From assembly GCA_964633865.1 (NCBI GenBank), contig CAZWIJ010000006.1, positions 25,858 through 89,857 of the forward strand: a DNA stretch of 64,000 bases. Reading direction: 5' to 3'. Positions within the stretch are counted from its first letter, which is position 1. Every line of letters begins with the position of its first letter. Below the pieces are notes generated by a model. That model searched no databases and was not told the DNA's origin. It was given only the letters and a program-made list of their open reading frames with translations. Positions 42,312 through 51,229 of this stretch are shown in pieces. Made by a program: the position numbers and the translations under genes. Source of the DNA: an uncultured Candidatus Saccharibacteria bacterium. GTDB lineage: Bacteria; Patescibacteriota; Minisyncoccia; SW-4-49-11.

Positions 42312-42866
42312 ATGAAATCTAAAAAAACAGAAAATATATTAACATTTATACCAAAAGATCAAAAAACAATCTTTGTTCCTAAAATTAAAAGAACAGAATT
42401 TAATTATATAGAATTAAGTATTATTTCTATAATTATATTAATTTTAAATTTTGGTATTCTTTATGCTGTAAAAGAATTTACATTGAGTAAAGATATTAGT
42501 GTTATAAAATCTCAGATATCAGAAATAGATTCCAAAAATCAAAATATTTATCCAGCAGAAGGGATTGTAGAAACAATAAAAGGCTATTCTGGTCTTTTAG
42601 AGTCTCAATATAAGTTGAATATAGCTATGACTGATATTCAGAAAAGAATTAATTCTGGATCAAAAATTAGTTCTTTATCTTATATTAAAGATACTAAGAC
42701 TTTAGAATTATCATTAGAATTACCTAATATAGGAGTAATAGCATCACAATTAGAAGAGTTTAGAAAGTCAGAATATATTTCTACTGTTAATTATCAAGAA
42801 ATAGGTATAGGAGATAAAAATACTGCTGGTAATGTGTCTACAAAATTCACTATAATTTTACAATAA
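42312..42866 (+). CDS. PilN-like single-TM protein
   Basis: Position after pilM; TM plus coiled coil plus ferredoxin-like pattern. Confidence 0.65.
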   Translation: MKSKKTENILTFIPKDQKTIFVPKIKRTEFNYIELSIISIIILILNFGILYAVKEFTLSKDISVIKSQISEIDSKNQNIYPAEGIVETIKGYSGLLESQYKLNIAMTDIQKRINSGSKISSLSYIKDTKTLELSLELPNIGVIASQLEEFRKSEYISTVNYQEIGIGDKNTAGNVSTKFTIILQ

Positions 42867-42867
42867 T

Positions 42868-43455
42868 ATGAATGAAAGACAAAAATTATATGATATATTG
42901 TTAGTAGTTTTGAGTTTGGTATTAGTCTACTTAGGATATTCTTTTTGGAGTGATCAATACAAAGTATCTTTAGAGGAGAAAACAAAGTTAAGTAATGAAT
43001 TATCTATAAAAAAAGAATACACAGAAATTCAAGATATAGCTGAGTTTAATAAAAAAATATCTGAATTTACTCCTCCAGGTGATCCTAAAGAAAATATATT
43101 AGCTCCATTATCTGAAATAGAAAAAAAATCTGGGGCTAAAATAACAAAATTAGAGGTAAAAGAAGGTGTGGTGAAAACTGATGCTAAAACTGAATCGGAA
43201 GAGATGTTAACAGAAGATATCCCAGCTTCTGATACATCAGTAGAATCAAATTCAGTTGAAACAGTAAAAGAATTAAAATTTTTAGAGTCTCAAGTTGAAA
43301 TCCAAATTACTGGAAGATTTGGCAGTATCAATTCTTTCGTGCAGTATTTAGAAGAAAATTCTAGAATTATGGATATCATTCAGTTTAATTATACAGTTCA
43401 AGATAAAAGTGACGAAATAGAAGCTACAATAATTATGAAAGTATATGCAAAATAA
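42868..43455 (+). CDS. PilO-like protein
   Basis: N-terminal TM; ITGRFGSINSFVQYLEENSRIMDI motif. Confidence 0.75.
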   Translation: MNERQKLYDILLVVLSLVLVYLGYSFWSDQYKVSLEEKTKLSNELSIKKEYTEIQDIAEFNKKISEFTPPGDPKENILAPLSEIEKKSGAKITKLEVKEGVVKTDAKTESEEMLTEDIPASDTSVESNSVETVKELKFLESQVEIQITGRFGSINSFVQYLEENSRIMDIIQFNYTVQDKSDEIEATIIMKVYAK

Positions 43456-43615
43456 GTTAAACAAAAATAAGGATAAAATTATAATAATTATTTTAGTATT
43501 AGCAAATATAATAGCAATACTTTATATAATGTACACTACATTTTTTATACAAATATTGCAAGAAGAGGTTAATCTAAATTCAGAAATAGAGATAATTAAC
43601 AAGAATTTTAAATAA
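43445..43615 (+). CDS. Small single-TM protein (56 aa) between pilO-like and pilB; not in the ORF track
   Basis: MQNKLNKNKDKIIIIILVLANIIAILYIMYTTFF...; overlaps the pilO-like stop and ends 7 nt before pilB. Confidence 0.6.
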   Translation: MQNKLNKNKDKIIIIILVLANIIAILYIMYTTFFIQILQEEVNLNSEIEIINKNFK

Positions 43616-43622
43616 TATATAT

Positions 43623-45344
43623 ATGATAATAGATTATATAAAAATATTAGGTTTATTAAAAGATAGATATTCTGATAGATTTATTAGTTATGAGAATATT
43701 GATGAATCTCAGAATGAGCAGGTAAAAAAATACATAACAGAAAATTTTTCTGAAAAAGAAATTCTAGAAGTATATGGAGAAACAATTAATATTCCTTTTA
43801 TAGAATTAATTCCTAATGAAATACCTCAAAATCTATATAGTGTTTTTGAAGAAAAAATTTTGCAAGGATATCAGTTCGTTCCCTTTGACATACAAAATGA
43901 TAAAATATGCATAGCAATAGTAGATCCATATAATTATAATGCTATTCAGGCTATCAAATTTGTTCTTCGTGATAAAGGGGTAGATTTTAAATTATTTTTA
44001 ACTACAAGAAATGACTTAAATTCAGTTTTTAATGCTTTTCAGAATATAAGTGAAGAAGTAAAAAAGAGTCTTTCAGAATTAGATGAAGAGAAACTAAAGA
44101 AAAAAGGAGATGATCTAATAGAAGAAGTAAAACCAGATAAAGAAGATGTAGAAGTTGCTCCAATTATAAAAATAGTATCAGTTATACTAAAAAATGCAGT
44201 TGAAGGAGGAGCTTCAGATATTCATATAGAAGGTATAAGTAAAGGAGTAAGAGTAAGATTTAGAGTAGATGGAATTTTACATAATACTTTGACAATTCCA
44301 AAAGATGTTTATCCAGCAGTGGTTGCTAGAATAAAGATATTATCAAACCTTAAAATAGATGAGACAAGAAGACCTCAAGATGGAAGATTCTCTATTCTAG
44401 AAAATCAAAAAAAGATTGATTTTCGTGTATCGACATTTCCAACTGAATTTGGAGAAAAAGTAGTACTTAGAATTCTGGATACTTCTAAAGGAATAGCTAC
44501 AATCGATAAACTAGGATTTATAGGCCCAAAAGCAAGTATAATCAAAAAATCTGTAGATAAACCATTTGGTATGGTATTAGTAACAGGACCAACAGGATCA
44601 GGAAAGTCTACGACTTTGTATACCTTACTTAATATGGTTAATGACGAAGAAATAAATATAGTTACACTGGAAGATCCGGTAGAGTATTTTATGGATGGAA
44701 TCAATCAGTCACAAGTAAGAACAGAAATAGGATATTCATTTGCATCAGGATTAAGATCAATATTGAGACAAGATCCGGATATAATAATGGTAGGGGAGAT
44801 TCGAGATGGAGAGACAGCTAGCCTAGCAGTTCAGTCTGCTTTGACAGGTCATTTAGTTTTTTCAACTCTACATACTAATGATGCTCCAGGTTCAATCCCA
44901 AGATTAATAGATATGGGAGTGGAGTCATTTTTATTAGGCTCATCTTTAGAGCTTATTATAGCACAAAGACTAGTAAGAACACTTTGTGATAAATGTAAAA
45001 AACAGGTAAAAATAGATTCTGGAGTAAAAGAATATATCACAAAAGCTTTATCTAACTTAGATCCAAGTTATATTAGTAAGTATTACAAGGGAGATTTTGA
45101 TAGTCTATATGAACCAGTTGGTTGCTCCTCTTGTAAAAATGGATTTAAAGGTAGAACTGTAATCTTTGAAATAGTTCAAATATCAGAAGAACTACAATAT
45201 ATAATAGAAAAAAATCAGGGAGAAGATAAGATTAGAGAAAATTTAGCACAAAACAATTTTGTAAGTCTAAAGCAAGATGGTATCTTTAAAGTTCTAAATG
45301 GTAGAACATCTTTGCAAGAATTATTAAATACAGTTGATATTTAA
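43623..45344 (+). CDS. pilB: Type IV pilus assembly ATPase (PilB/GspE)
   Basis: ASDIHIE, PQDGRF, GPTGSGKSTT, EDPVEY, LRQDPD, TGHLVFSTLHTN, CxxC zinc motifs. Confidence 0.95.
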   Translation: MIIDYIKILGLLKDRYSDRFISYENIDESQNEQVKKYITENFSEKEILEVYGETINIPFIELIPNEIPQNLYSVFEEKILQGYQFVPFDIQNDKICIAIVDPYNYNAIQAIKFVLRDKGVDFKLFLTTRNDLNSVFNAFQNISEEVKKSLSELDEEKLKKKGDDLIEEVKPDKEDVEVAPIIKIVSVILKNAVEGGASDIHIEGISKGVRVRFRVDGILHNTLTIPKDVYPAVVARIKILSNLKIDETRRPQDGRFSILENQKKIDFRVSTFPTEFGEKVVLRILDTSKGIATIDKLGFIGPKASIIKKSVDKPFGMVLVTGPTGSGKSTTLYTLLNMVNDEEINIVTLEDPVEYFMDGINQSQVRTEIGYSFASGLRSILRQDPDIIMVGEIRDGETASLAVQSALTGHLVFSTLHTNDAPGSIPRLIDMGVESFLLGSSLELIIAQRLVRTLCDKCKKQVKIDSGVKEYITKALSNLDPSYISKYYKGDFDSLYEPVGCSSCKNGFKGRTVIFEIVQISEELQYIIEKNQGEDKIRENLAQNNFVSLKQDGIFKVLNGRTSLQELLNTVDI

Positions 45345-45414
45345 TCTAAAAATAACATTGCATAAATATAATCATATAGTATAATATAGATATATGAATT
45401 AATCAGAAAAATAT

Positions 45415-45792
45415 ATGAAAAAAAGAATACTATTGGTGGAAGATGATGAGTTTATTACTCAGATGTACTCTCGGAAATTAGAAGAAGAAGGATATGAAGT
45501 TCTTAGTTTTCCTGATGCAACAGAAGCAAAGAAGTCTTTACAAGAAGGAGTTATGGAAATAAATTTAATTTTATTAGATATACTTTTACCTACAATTTCA
45601 GGTTATGATTTTTTGAAATGGATAAAAAGTTATGATCAATATATAGATATTCCAGTTATTATGTTGAGTAATTTATCAGGACAAGTAGACATAGATAAAG
45701 GTTATAATTTGGGAGCAGTAGACTTTATTGTGAAGTCTAACTATACTCCAAATGAAGTAGTAAGAAAAGTAAAAAATTATATAGATAAATAA
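45415..45792 (+). CDS. Single-domain response regulator within the pilus locus
   Basis: ILLVEDD, LLDILLP, MLSN, FIVK. Confidence 0.9.
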   Translation: MKKRILLVEDDEFITQMYSRKLEEEGYEVLSFPDATEAKKSLQEGVMEINLILLDILLPTISGYDFLKWIKSYDQYIDIPVIMLSNLSGQVDIDKGYNLGAVDFIVKSNYTPNEVVRKVKNYIDK

Positions 45793-45802
45793 AGTTAAAA
45801 AT

Positions 45803-46873
45803 ATGCAGTTAGATTTACCTAAATTAGTAGAATCAATAGTTAGTCTACATGGAGCAGATATTCATCTTAGCACAGGCTCAAAGCCTTACTTTAGATTGAA
45901 AAGTAGATTATTACCACAAGAAGACTTCCCAGTTCTCACAAAAGAAATGTTAGATGAGGTTCTTAATCATTTAATTTCAGATGAAAGAATAAAATTATTA
46001 TATGAAGGAGAAGAGCAAGATTTTGCATATTCATATCAAGATAATAAATATAGATTTAGGGTAAATGCTTATATATCACAAGGAAATCCTAACTTAGTAA
46101 TGAGATATTTGTCATCGGACTTTCTTTCTTTAGAGAAATTAGGGTTACCACCAATAATAGGTCAATTTTCCCAGTTAATGCAAGGATTTGTATTGGTTAC
46201 AGGACCGACAGGATCAGGAAAATCTACAACTCTGGCAGCAGTAATCAATGATATTAATCACAATAGAGAAGAAAAAATAATCACAATTGAAGATCCTATT
46301 GAGTTTATTTATAAACAAGACAGAAGTATGATATCCCAAAGAGAAGTAGGATCAGACACAAAAGACTTTGACAAAGCACTGACAGCTGCCCTAAGAGAGG
46401 ATATTAATGTTGTACTAGTAGGAGAGATGAGAGATTTAGAGACTATGAGAACAGCACTGACAGCTGCAGAGACAGGACATTTGGTATTCTCAACTTTGCA
46501 TACAAACAGTGCCTCACAATCTATAAACCGTATTATAGATGCATTCCCATCACATAGTCAAGCTCAGATAAGAACTCAATTATCTAACTCATTGCAAGGT
46601 ATAGTATCCCAAAGGCTAGTCCCAACTATAGATGGAAATCTAACCCCAGCAGTAGAAATATTGATAGTAAATAATGCAGTAAAAAGCTTAATTAGAGAAA
46701 ATAGAGTCTATCAGATAGATACAGTAATGGAAACTCACTTAAAAGAAGGTATGGTTACAATGAATCACTCATTATTTAATTTGATTAGATTAGGAGTAGT
46801 TAGTTTTGAGACAGCTCTATTATATTCACCAGATCCAATTACTCTAAAAAATATGTTAAAAAGAGTAGACTAA
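45803..46873 (+). CDS. pilT: Type IV pilus retraction ATPase PilT
   Basis: GPTGSGKSTT, EDPIE, QREVG, GEMRD, AETGH, AVKSLIRE (AIRNLIRE-like). Confidence 0.95.
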   Translation: MQLDLPKLVESIVSLHGADIHLSTGSKPYFRLKSRLLPQEDFPVLTKEMLDEVLNHLISDERIKLLYEGEEQDFAYSYQDNKYRFRVNAYISQGNPNLVMRYLSSDFLSLEKLGLPPIIGQFSQLMQGFVLVTGPTGSGKSTTLAAVINDINHNREEKIITIEDPIEFIYKQDRSMISQREVGSDTKDFDKALTAALREDINVVLVGEMRDLETMRTALTAAETGHLVFSTLHTNSASQSINRIIDAFPSHSQAQIRTQLSNSLQGIVSQRLVPTIDGNLTPAVEILIVNNAVKSLIRENRVYQIDTVMETHLKEGMVTMNHSLFNLIRLGVVSFETALLYSPDPITLKNMLKRVD

Positions 46874-46885
46874 TAATAAAAATAT

Positions 46886-48109
46886 ATGCCAAAATTTGCC
46901 TATTATGCAAAGACCAGACAAGGAGAGCCAAAAAAAGGAATAATTAATACAGTTAATAAAGATATAGCCTTAAAAATTCTTCAAGATAATGGATTCACTG
47001 TAATTAATATAGAAAATATTGATGAAAAGAAAGGAATAAACTTAAATTTTAATTTAGACATATTTGATGGAGTTCCTCAAAGAGAAATGGTAGTATTTTC
47101 AAGACTTTTATCCGTACTATTGGATGTTCAGATGTCACTTAATCAATCCCTTACTATTCTTCGTGATCAAACTAAAAATAAATTCTTTAATGGAGTTTTA
47201 ACTCAAGTTATCAATGATATACAAGATGGAAATTCATTCTCAGAATCACTGGCAAAACATCCAAAAGCCTTCACTCCCTTCTTTGTCGCTATCATAAAAT
47301 CAGGAGAAAAAACAGGAGGATTACAAGAAGCACTTAATTTCTTAGCAGATTATCTTGAAGATAGTTATGGAATAGATTCCAAAATTAGAGGAGCATTAAT
47401 GTATCCTGCATTTGTTACTTTAGTATTCTTTGGAATAGGATTATATATAGCATACTCAGTATTGCCAGGATTAGTAGATACCCTGCAAGATTTATCTTCA
47501 GCGGAATTACCAATCACAACTAGATTTATTATTTGGGGAAGTGATTTCTTACAGGCATATATCTGGTGGGTAATAGGTGGATTATTAGCTACAGTAGGAG
47601 GGCTTTGGTATTATAGTAAAACAACTTCAGGTAAAAAAGTTTGGGATAGATTTCAGCTAAAATTACCAGTATTTGGAGATTTGTTTACCAAGATATATGT
47701 AAGTAGATTCGTAATTAATATGCAGACCTTATTAAAAGCAAGTATACCAATTATAGAGTCACTAAAAATAACAGCCTCTGTGGTAGGGAATACAGTATTT
47801 GAAGATATTATAAATGAATCAATCAAGGGAGTAAAAGAAGGAGGACAAATGACAGACTCTATTCTAAAAAGAAAAGAATTCCCTAGTATCTCAGCTCAAA
47901 TTATACAAGTTGGAGAGAAAACAGGTAAATTAGATGAAGTTTTGGGTACAATAGGAAGATTCTATAAAGCAGAGATAGAGAATATAGTAAAAAACCTAAC
48001 AGCATTATTAGAACCAATTATAATGGTAATCATAGGTCTTGGTGTCGCAATCTTCATAATGGCTATATTATTACCTATTTATAATGCAACAGGGTCAATA
48101 ACTGCATAA
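46886..48109 (+). CDS. pilC: Type IV pilus platform protein PilC (GspF family)
   Basis: FSESLAKHP, GEKTG, ALMYP, LP..TR, LLEPI, LLPIY. Confidence 0.93.
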   Translation: MPKFAYYAKTRQGEPKKGIINTVNKDIALKILQDNGFTVINIENIDEKKGINLNFNLDIFDGVPQREMVVFSRLLSVLLDVQMSLNQSLTILRDQTKNKFFNGVLTQVINDIQDGNSFSESLAKHPKAFTPFFVAIIKSGEKTGGLQEALNFLADYLEDSYGIDSKIRGALMYPAFVTLVFFGIGLYIAYSVLPGLVDTLQDLSSAELPITTRFIIWGSDFLQAYIWWVIGGLLATVGGLWYYSKTTSGKKVWDRFQLKLPVFGDLFTKIYVSRFVINMQTLLKASIPIIESLKITASVVGNTVFEDIINESIKGVKEGGQMTDSILKRKEFPSISAQIIQVGEKTGKLDEVLGTIGRFYKAEIENIVKNLTALLEPIIMVIIGLGVAIFIMAILLPIYNATGSITA

Positions 48110-48113
48110 ACAT

Positions 48114-48365
48114 ATGGAAAGTTTTATACAAAGTAGAAAATATTTATTTTGGTATGTAAAAGATTTAAGTGGATTAAGTAGTAATGCTGTTGTTGAGGGT
48201 ATATTAAATTTAGGTGATTGGCAAGATTTTCAAGATTTAATAAAAATTTTAGGACTAAAAAAAATTTCACAGATTTTTTTAGAAGATATCAAGAAAGATA
48301 GAAATAACTATAGGCCAGAAATAAAACATTATTTTGAATTATATTTTAAAAAATATGTTAAATAA
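48114..48365 (+). CDS. Small putative antitoxin partner of the AbiEii-like gene (DUF6922-like)
   Basis: YLFWYVKD...VVEGILNLGDW; overlaps the downstream NTase gene. Confidence 0.65.
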   Translation: MESFIQSRKYLFWYVKDLSGLSSNAVVEGILNLGDWQDFQDLIKILGLKKISQIFLEDIKKDRNNYRPEIKHYFELYFKKYVK

Positions 48366-48975
48366 ACTACATTTTGAAATTTTATCTAAAGAGCAATTAG
48401 AGATTATAAATCGTATTTCAGAAATAAATAAAAATTTTTTATTAGTTGGAGGTACAGCAATATCTTTACAGATAGGTCATAGACAATCTATAGATTTTGA
48501 CTTCTTTTCAGATAAAGAATTTGATATGGATTCTTTAAAAAATGATCTCAGGAAATATATAAGTTTCGATAAAGTTTTAATAGATAAAATAAATGAATTT
48601 ACATTTATTTCTAATAATGTTAAGTTAACTTATTTATATTATCCTTTTAAAATTACAGAAAATATAATACAAACAGAATATAATATAAATATACCAGATA
48701 TAAGAACTCTATTAGCTATGAAATTATATGCTCTTAGCAGAAGATCAAAATGGAAAGATTATGTTGATATATATTTTGGTTTAAAATATTTGAGTTTAGA
48801 TGAACTAATATTGAAAGCAAAATATATATTTGGGAATGAATTAAATGAAAAAATTATCAGAGTTCAGTTAACTTATTTTAAAGATATTGATTATACAGAA
48901 GAAGTAATTTATATGCCAACATATGATATATCTAATCAAGAAATAAAAAAATACTTAACAGAGATTAGTTTATAA
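48355..48975 (+). CDS. AbiEii/AbiGii-family nucleotidyltransferase toxin
   Basis: LVGGTAISLQIGHRQSIDFDFF, AMKLYAL.RR..WKDYVD. Confidence 0.88.
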   Translation: MLNKLHFEILSKEQLEIINRISEINKNFLLVGGTAISLQIGHRQSIDFDFFSDKEFDMDSLKNDLRKYISFDKVLIDKINEFTFISNNVKLTYLYYPFKITENIIQTEYNINIPDIRTLLAMKLYALSRRSKWKDYVDIYFGLKYLSLDELILKAKYIFGNELNEKIIRVQLTYFKDIDYTEEVIYMPTYDISNQEIKKYLTEISL

Positions 48976-48989
48976 AAAAACGATCAACC

Positions 48990-49035
48990 TGTGGATAACT
49001 CAAAGATTGACAAAAATAAACTAATATGATACAAT
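48990..49035 (+). promoter_or_regulatory. DnaA box followed by a strong pilin promoter
   Basis: TGTGGATAA at 48990-48998; TTGACA(49007)-17bp-TACAAT with extended TG. Confidence 0.7.
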
Positions 49036-49101
49036 AAGCATGTATTAGAAATTAAATAATAAAATTAAACTTATGACAAAGAAGGGAGGTGAAACTCACA
49101 A

Positions 49102-49614
49102 TTGAATAATATAAACAATTTTAAAAAACAAACTAAATCATCAGAATTAGTTTGTAAAGACAATAATATAATTAATAATAATTTAAGTAAAGTAAATTTT
49201 ATGAAAAAATCATTAAATATGAAAAAAGGTTTCACATTAATCGAGCTATTAGTAGTAGTAGCAATTATTGGAACATTGACAGCTATAGTATTAATTGGAG
49301 TTAATAATGGAAGAAGAGCTGGAAGAGAGTCTGCTATACAGCAAAGTATGAATCAAGTATTAACAGAAGCTGAGTTGCATAGAGCTCAAAATCAAGATAA
49401 ATATACAGGTTTTGCTATACCAACTAATATTATAGAGAAGATAGAACAGCAAGGTGCTACAGACCCTACAGTTCGTTCTTCTGATACCACATTTATAGCA
49501 TATACTGATATGGATGGAGCTGGAGCTGGAACAAAGTATTATTGTGTAGATAGTAACCAAAACTCTAAAACTCTTACTACTAACCCGCGTACTTCTGTAA
49601 CAACCTGTCCATAA
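49102..49614 (+). CDS. Type IV pilin (probable major pilin)
   Basis: KKG|FTLIELLVVVAIIG; C-terminal YCVDS...C; start ambiguous (TTG 49102 with SD, or ATG 49201/49219). Confidence 0.9.
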   Translation: MNNINNFKKQTKSSELVCKDNNIINNNLSKVNFMKKSLNMKKGFTLIELLVVVAIIGTLTAIVLIGVNNGRRAGRESAIQQSMNQVLTEAELHRAQNQDKYTGFAIPTNIIEKIEQQGATDPTVRSSDTTFIAYTDMDGAGAGTKYYCVDSNQNSKTLTTNPRTSVTTCP

Positions 49615-49626
49615 GATAATAATTAA

Positions 49627-49662
49627 TTTATAGAATTAAGGTTTAAACCTTAATTCTATAAA
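49627..49662. repeat. 36-bp perfect palindrome between the tandem pilin genes
   Basis: tttatagaattaaggttt|aaaccttaattctataaa. Confidence 0.9.
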
Positions 49663-49680
49663 CTTTTATATAAAACAATT

Positions 49681-50403
49681 ATGAATAAAAAATTGAAAAA
49701 AGGTTTCACATTAATTGAACTATTAGTAGTGGTCGCTATAATAGGAACATTGACAGCCATTGTATTAATTGGAGTTAATAATGGAAGAAGAGCTGGAAGA
49801 GAAGCTGCAGTTCAGCAAAGTATGAATCAATTAATTACTCAGATGGAATTGTTGTTACAACAATCAGGAGGAACTAGTTATCCAGATCCACTAAGTTCAG
49901 ATACAACTAATATTGCTAGAGAAACAAGACAATATCCTACAAATAATGCTGTAGGAAGAAATATAGGAGACTTAGTACCAACATTGACATCTCTTATTGA
50001 AAAAATTGAATCTCAAGGTTCTCAAAAAATAGTTTACCATTATAATAATACTGGGAAACCATCCTATAGAATAGTAGCTCTTATGCCTGGACAAGTTTTG
50101 AATGCAACATCTCAAAAAGCATATTGTATAGATAGTTTTGGTTATAGCGGAACAATAACATTAGCAAGTGCTCAAAGTACAGGTAATGCTGGTTCTGTTA
50201 CGGCTAATTCATTGAGTGTTATGAATATAGTGAATACTGGCAACTCATTAAAGGAAAATAATACATTTGTTTCTAGAAATAGAACAGCATTTGGAAGGAC
50301 AACAGATAATACGAATAATATTAAACTAACAGGTACACCAGAAGGAAATTCTTATGCTGGAGAATCAAATAATACAGGAGGAAACGGTAATAAGTGTAAT
50401 TAA
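49681..50403 (+). CDS. Type IV pilin paralog with enlarged, N/T/G-rich head
   Basis: N-terminus nearly identical to the upstream pilin; YCIDS motif; C-terminal Cys. Confidence 0.9.
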   Translation: MNKKLKKGFTLIELLVVVAIIGTLTAIVLIGVNNGRRAGREAAVQQSMNQLITQMELLLQQSGGTSYPDPLSSDTTNIARETRQYPTNNAVGRNIGDLVPTLTSLIEKIESQGSQKIVYHYNNTGKPSYRIVALMPGQVLNATSQKAYCIDSFGYSGTITLASAQSTGNAGSVTANSLSVMNIVNTGNSLKENNTFVSRNRTAFGRTTDNTNNIKLTGTPEGNSYAGESNNTGGNGNKCN

Positions 50404-50410
50404 TCTTAGT

Positions 50411-50439
50411 AAAAACACTCTCTAAAAAGAGTGTTTTTT
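50411..50439 (+). terminator. Terminator after the pilin genes
   Basis: aaaaacactc-tctaaaaa-gagtgttttt. Confidence 0.8.
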
Positions 50440-50488
50440 ATTTTGGAAAAGAAGAAAGTTAGTTTTTAATTCTTAATTTTTATTTTTT

Positions 50489-50613
50489 TTTTACAATCCT
50501 AAAAATCCACCTCGTTACTTTTGCTGACACTATTCAAGAGAGGAATTTAAAGCAGTTTTCTTTTTACCCCTCTTTTTTGAAGGGGGTGTCTCGTAAGAGA
50601 CGGGGGTTGTAAA
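50489..50613. repeat. GC-rich REP/MITE-like element
   Basis: Ends tttacaatcc / gggttgtaaa are imperfect inverted repeats; hairpins acccct..agggggt and gtctcgtaagagac. Confidence 0.5.
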
Positions 50614-50640
50614 GATTATTCACAATGTATTAATTTAGAT

Positions 50641-50669
50641 TTGACAGAAGAGAGGGAGTGTGGTATAAT
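50641..50669 (+). promoter_or_regulatory. Perfect sigma70 promoter with no downstream ORF
   Basis: TTGACA-17bp-TATAAT with extended TG. Confidence 0.85.
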
Positions 50670-50675
50670 TATTTT

Positions 50676-50726
50676 GTATTCGGGATTACCCGCGACCCTC
50701 TTGAAATATAGAGGGGTTATTTTTTT
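50676..50726 (+). ncRNA. Candidate ~50-nt sRNA convergent with the PemK/MazF-like toxin gene
   Basis: Hairpin cggg-atta-cccg, then ccctct/agaggg terminator and U tract meeting the toxin stop codon. Confidence 0.55.
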
Positions 50727-51123
50727 ATTGGTACAAATTCAGAAAATTGTTTTTAATTTGAGAGAATTCATTATCAGTTATTTCTCCTACTTTATATTTT
50801 AATCTTCGATAATCTAAATGTCTTGGTTGATGTAAATATATAGTTTGTAACTTTTCTTTAAAATAAATTTTAAAATATCTATTACCCACTTTGTCTTTTG
50901 TGCTTAGAGGTAATCCTATAAAACTGTATCTATCTAATTTTTTTAAAATTAAAAAAGGTCTTAGAAATTCTTTTCCTTTACCACTAATTTCTATACCTAT
51001 ATTCTCTCCACAATAACAGAACCAAACTTGTTTTTGAGAAAACTTTGGAGGATAATAGTTTAGTTTATCTAACTTAGGTTTCAGAGAAAACCAATCTTGG
51101 AAATTTTTAATAAAGTTTTGCAT
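50725..51123 (-). CDS. PemK/MazF-like endoribonuclease toxin with no adjacent protein antitoxin
   Basis: FQDW..K, VWFCYCGENIGIEISGKG..FLRPFLILKK, GLPLSTK, Q.R.LD.RRL..KVGEI. Confidence 0.85.
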   Translation of the reverse strand: MQNFIKNFQDWFSLKPKLDKLNYYPPKFSQKQVWFCYCGENIGIEISGKGKEFLRPFLILKKLDRYSFIGLPLSTKDKVGNRYFKIYFKEKLQTIYLHQPRHLDYRRLKYKVGEITDNEFSQIKNNFLNLYQ

Positions 51124-51229
51124 AAGAAATAAATTAATCTTTGGTCAAAGAAAGTGATTATTTTGTAATTGTATGTAATATTAATACATGGTATAATTAA
51201 TTTGTTAATATAAATAAATTACTAAATAT

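Noticed and set aside
48990-48998. DnaA boxes (also near 26097, 40507 and 50617) considered as oriC
   Set aside because: They are isolated single boxes with no cluster and no dnaA/dnaN nearby
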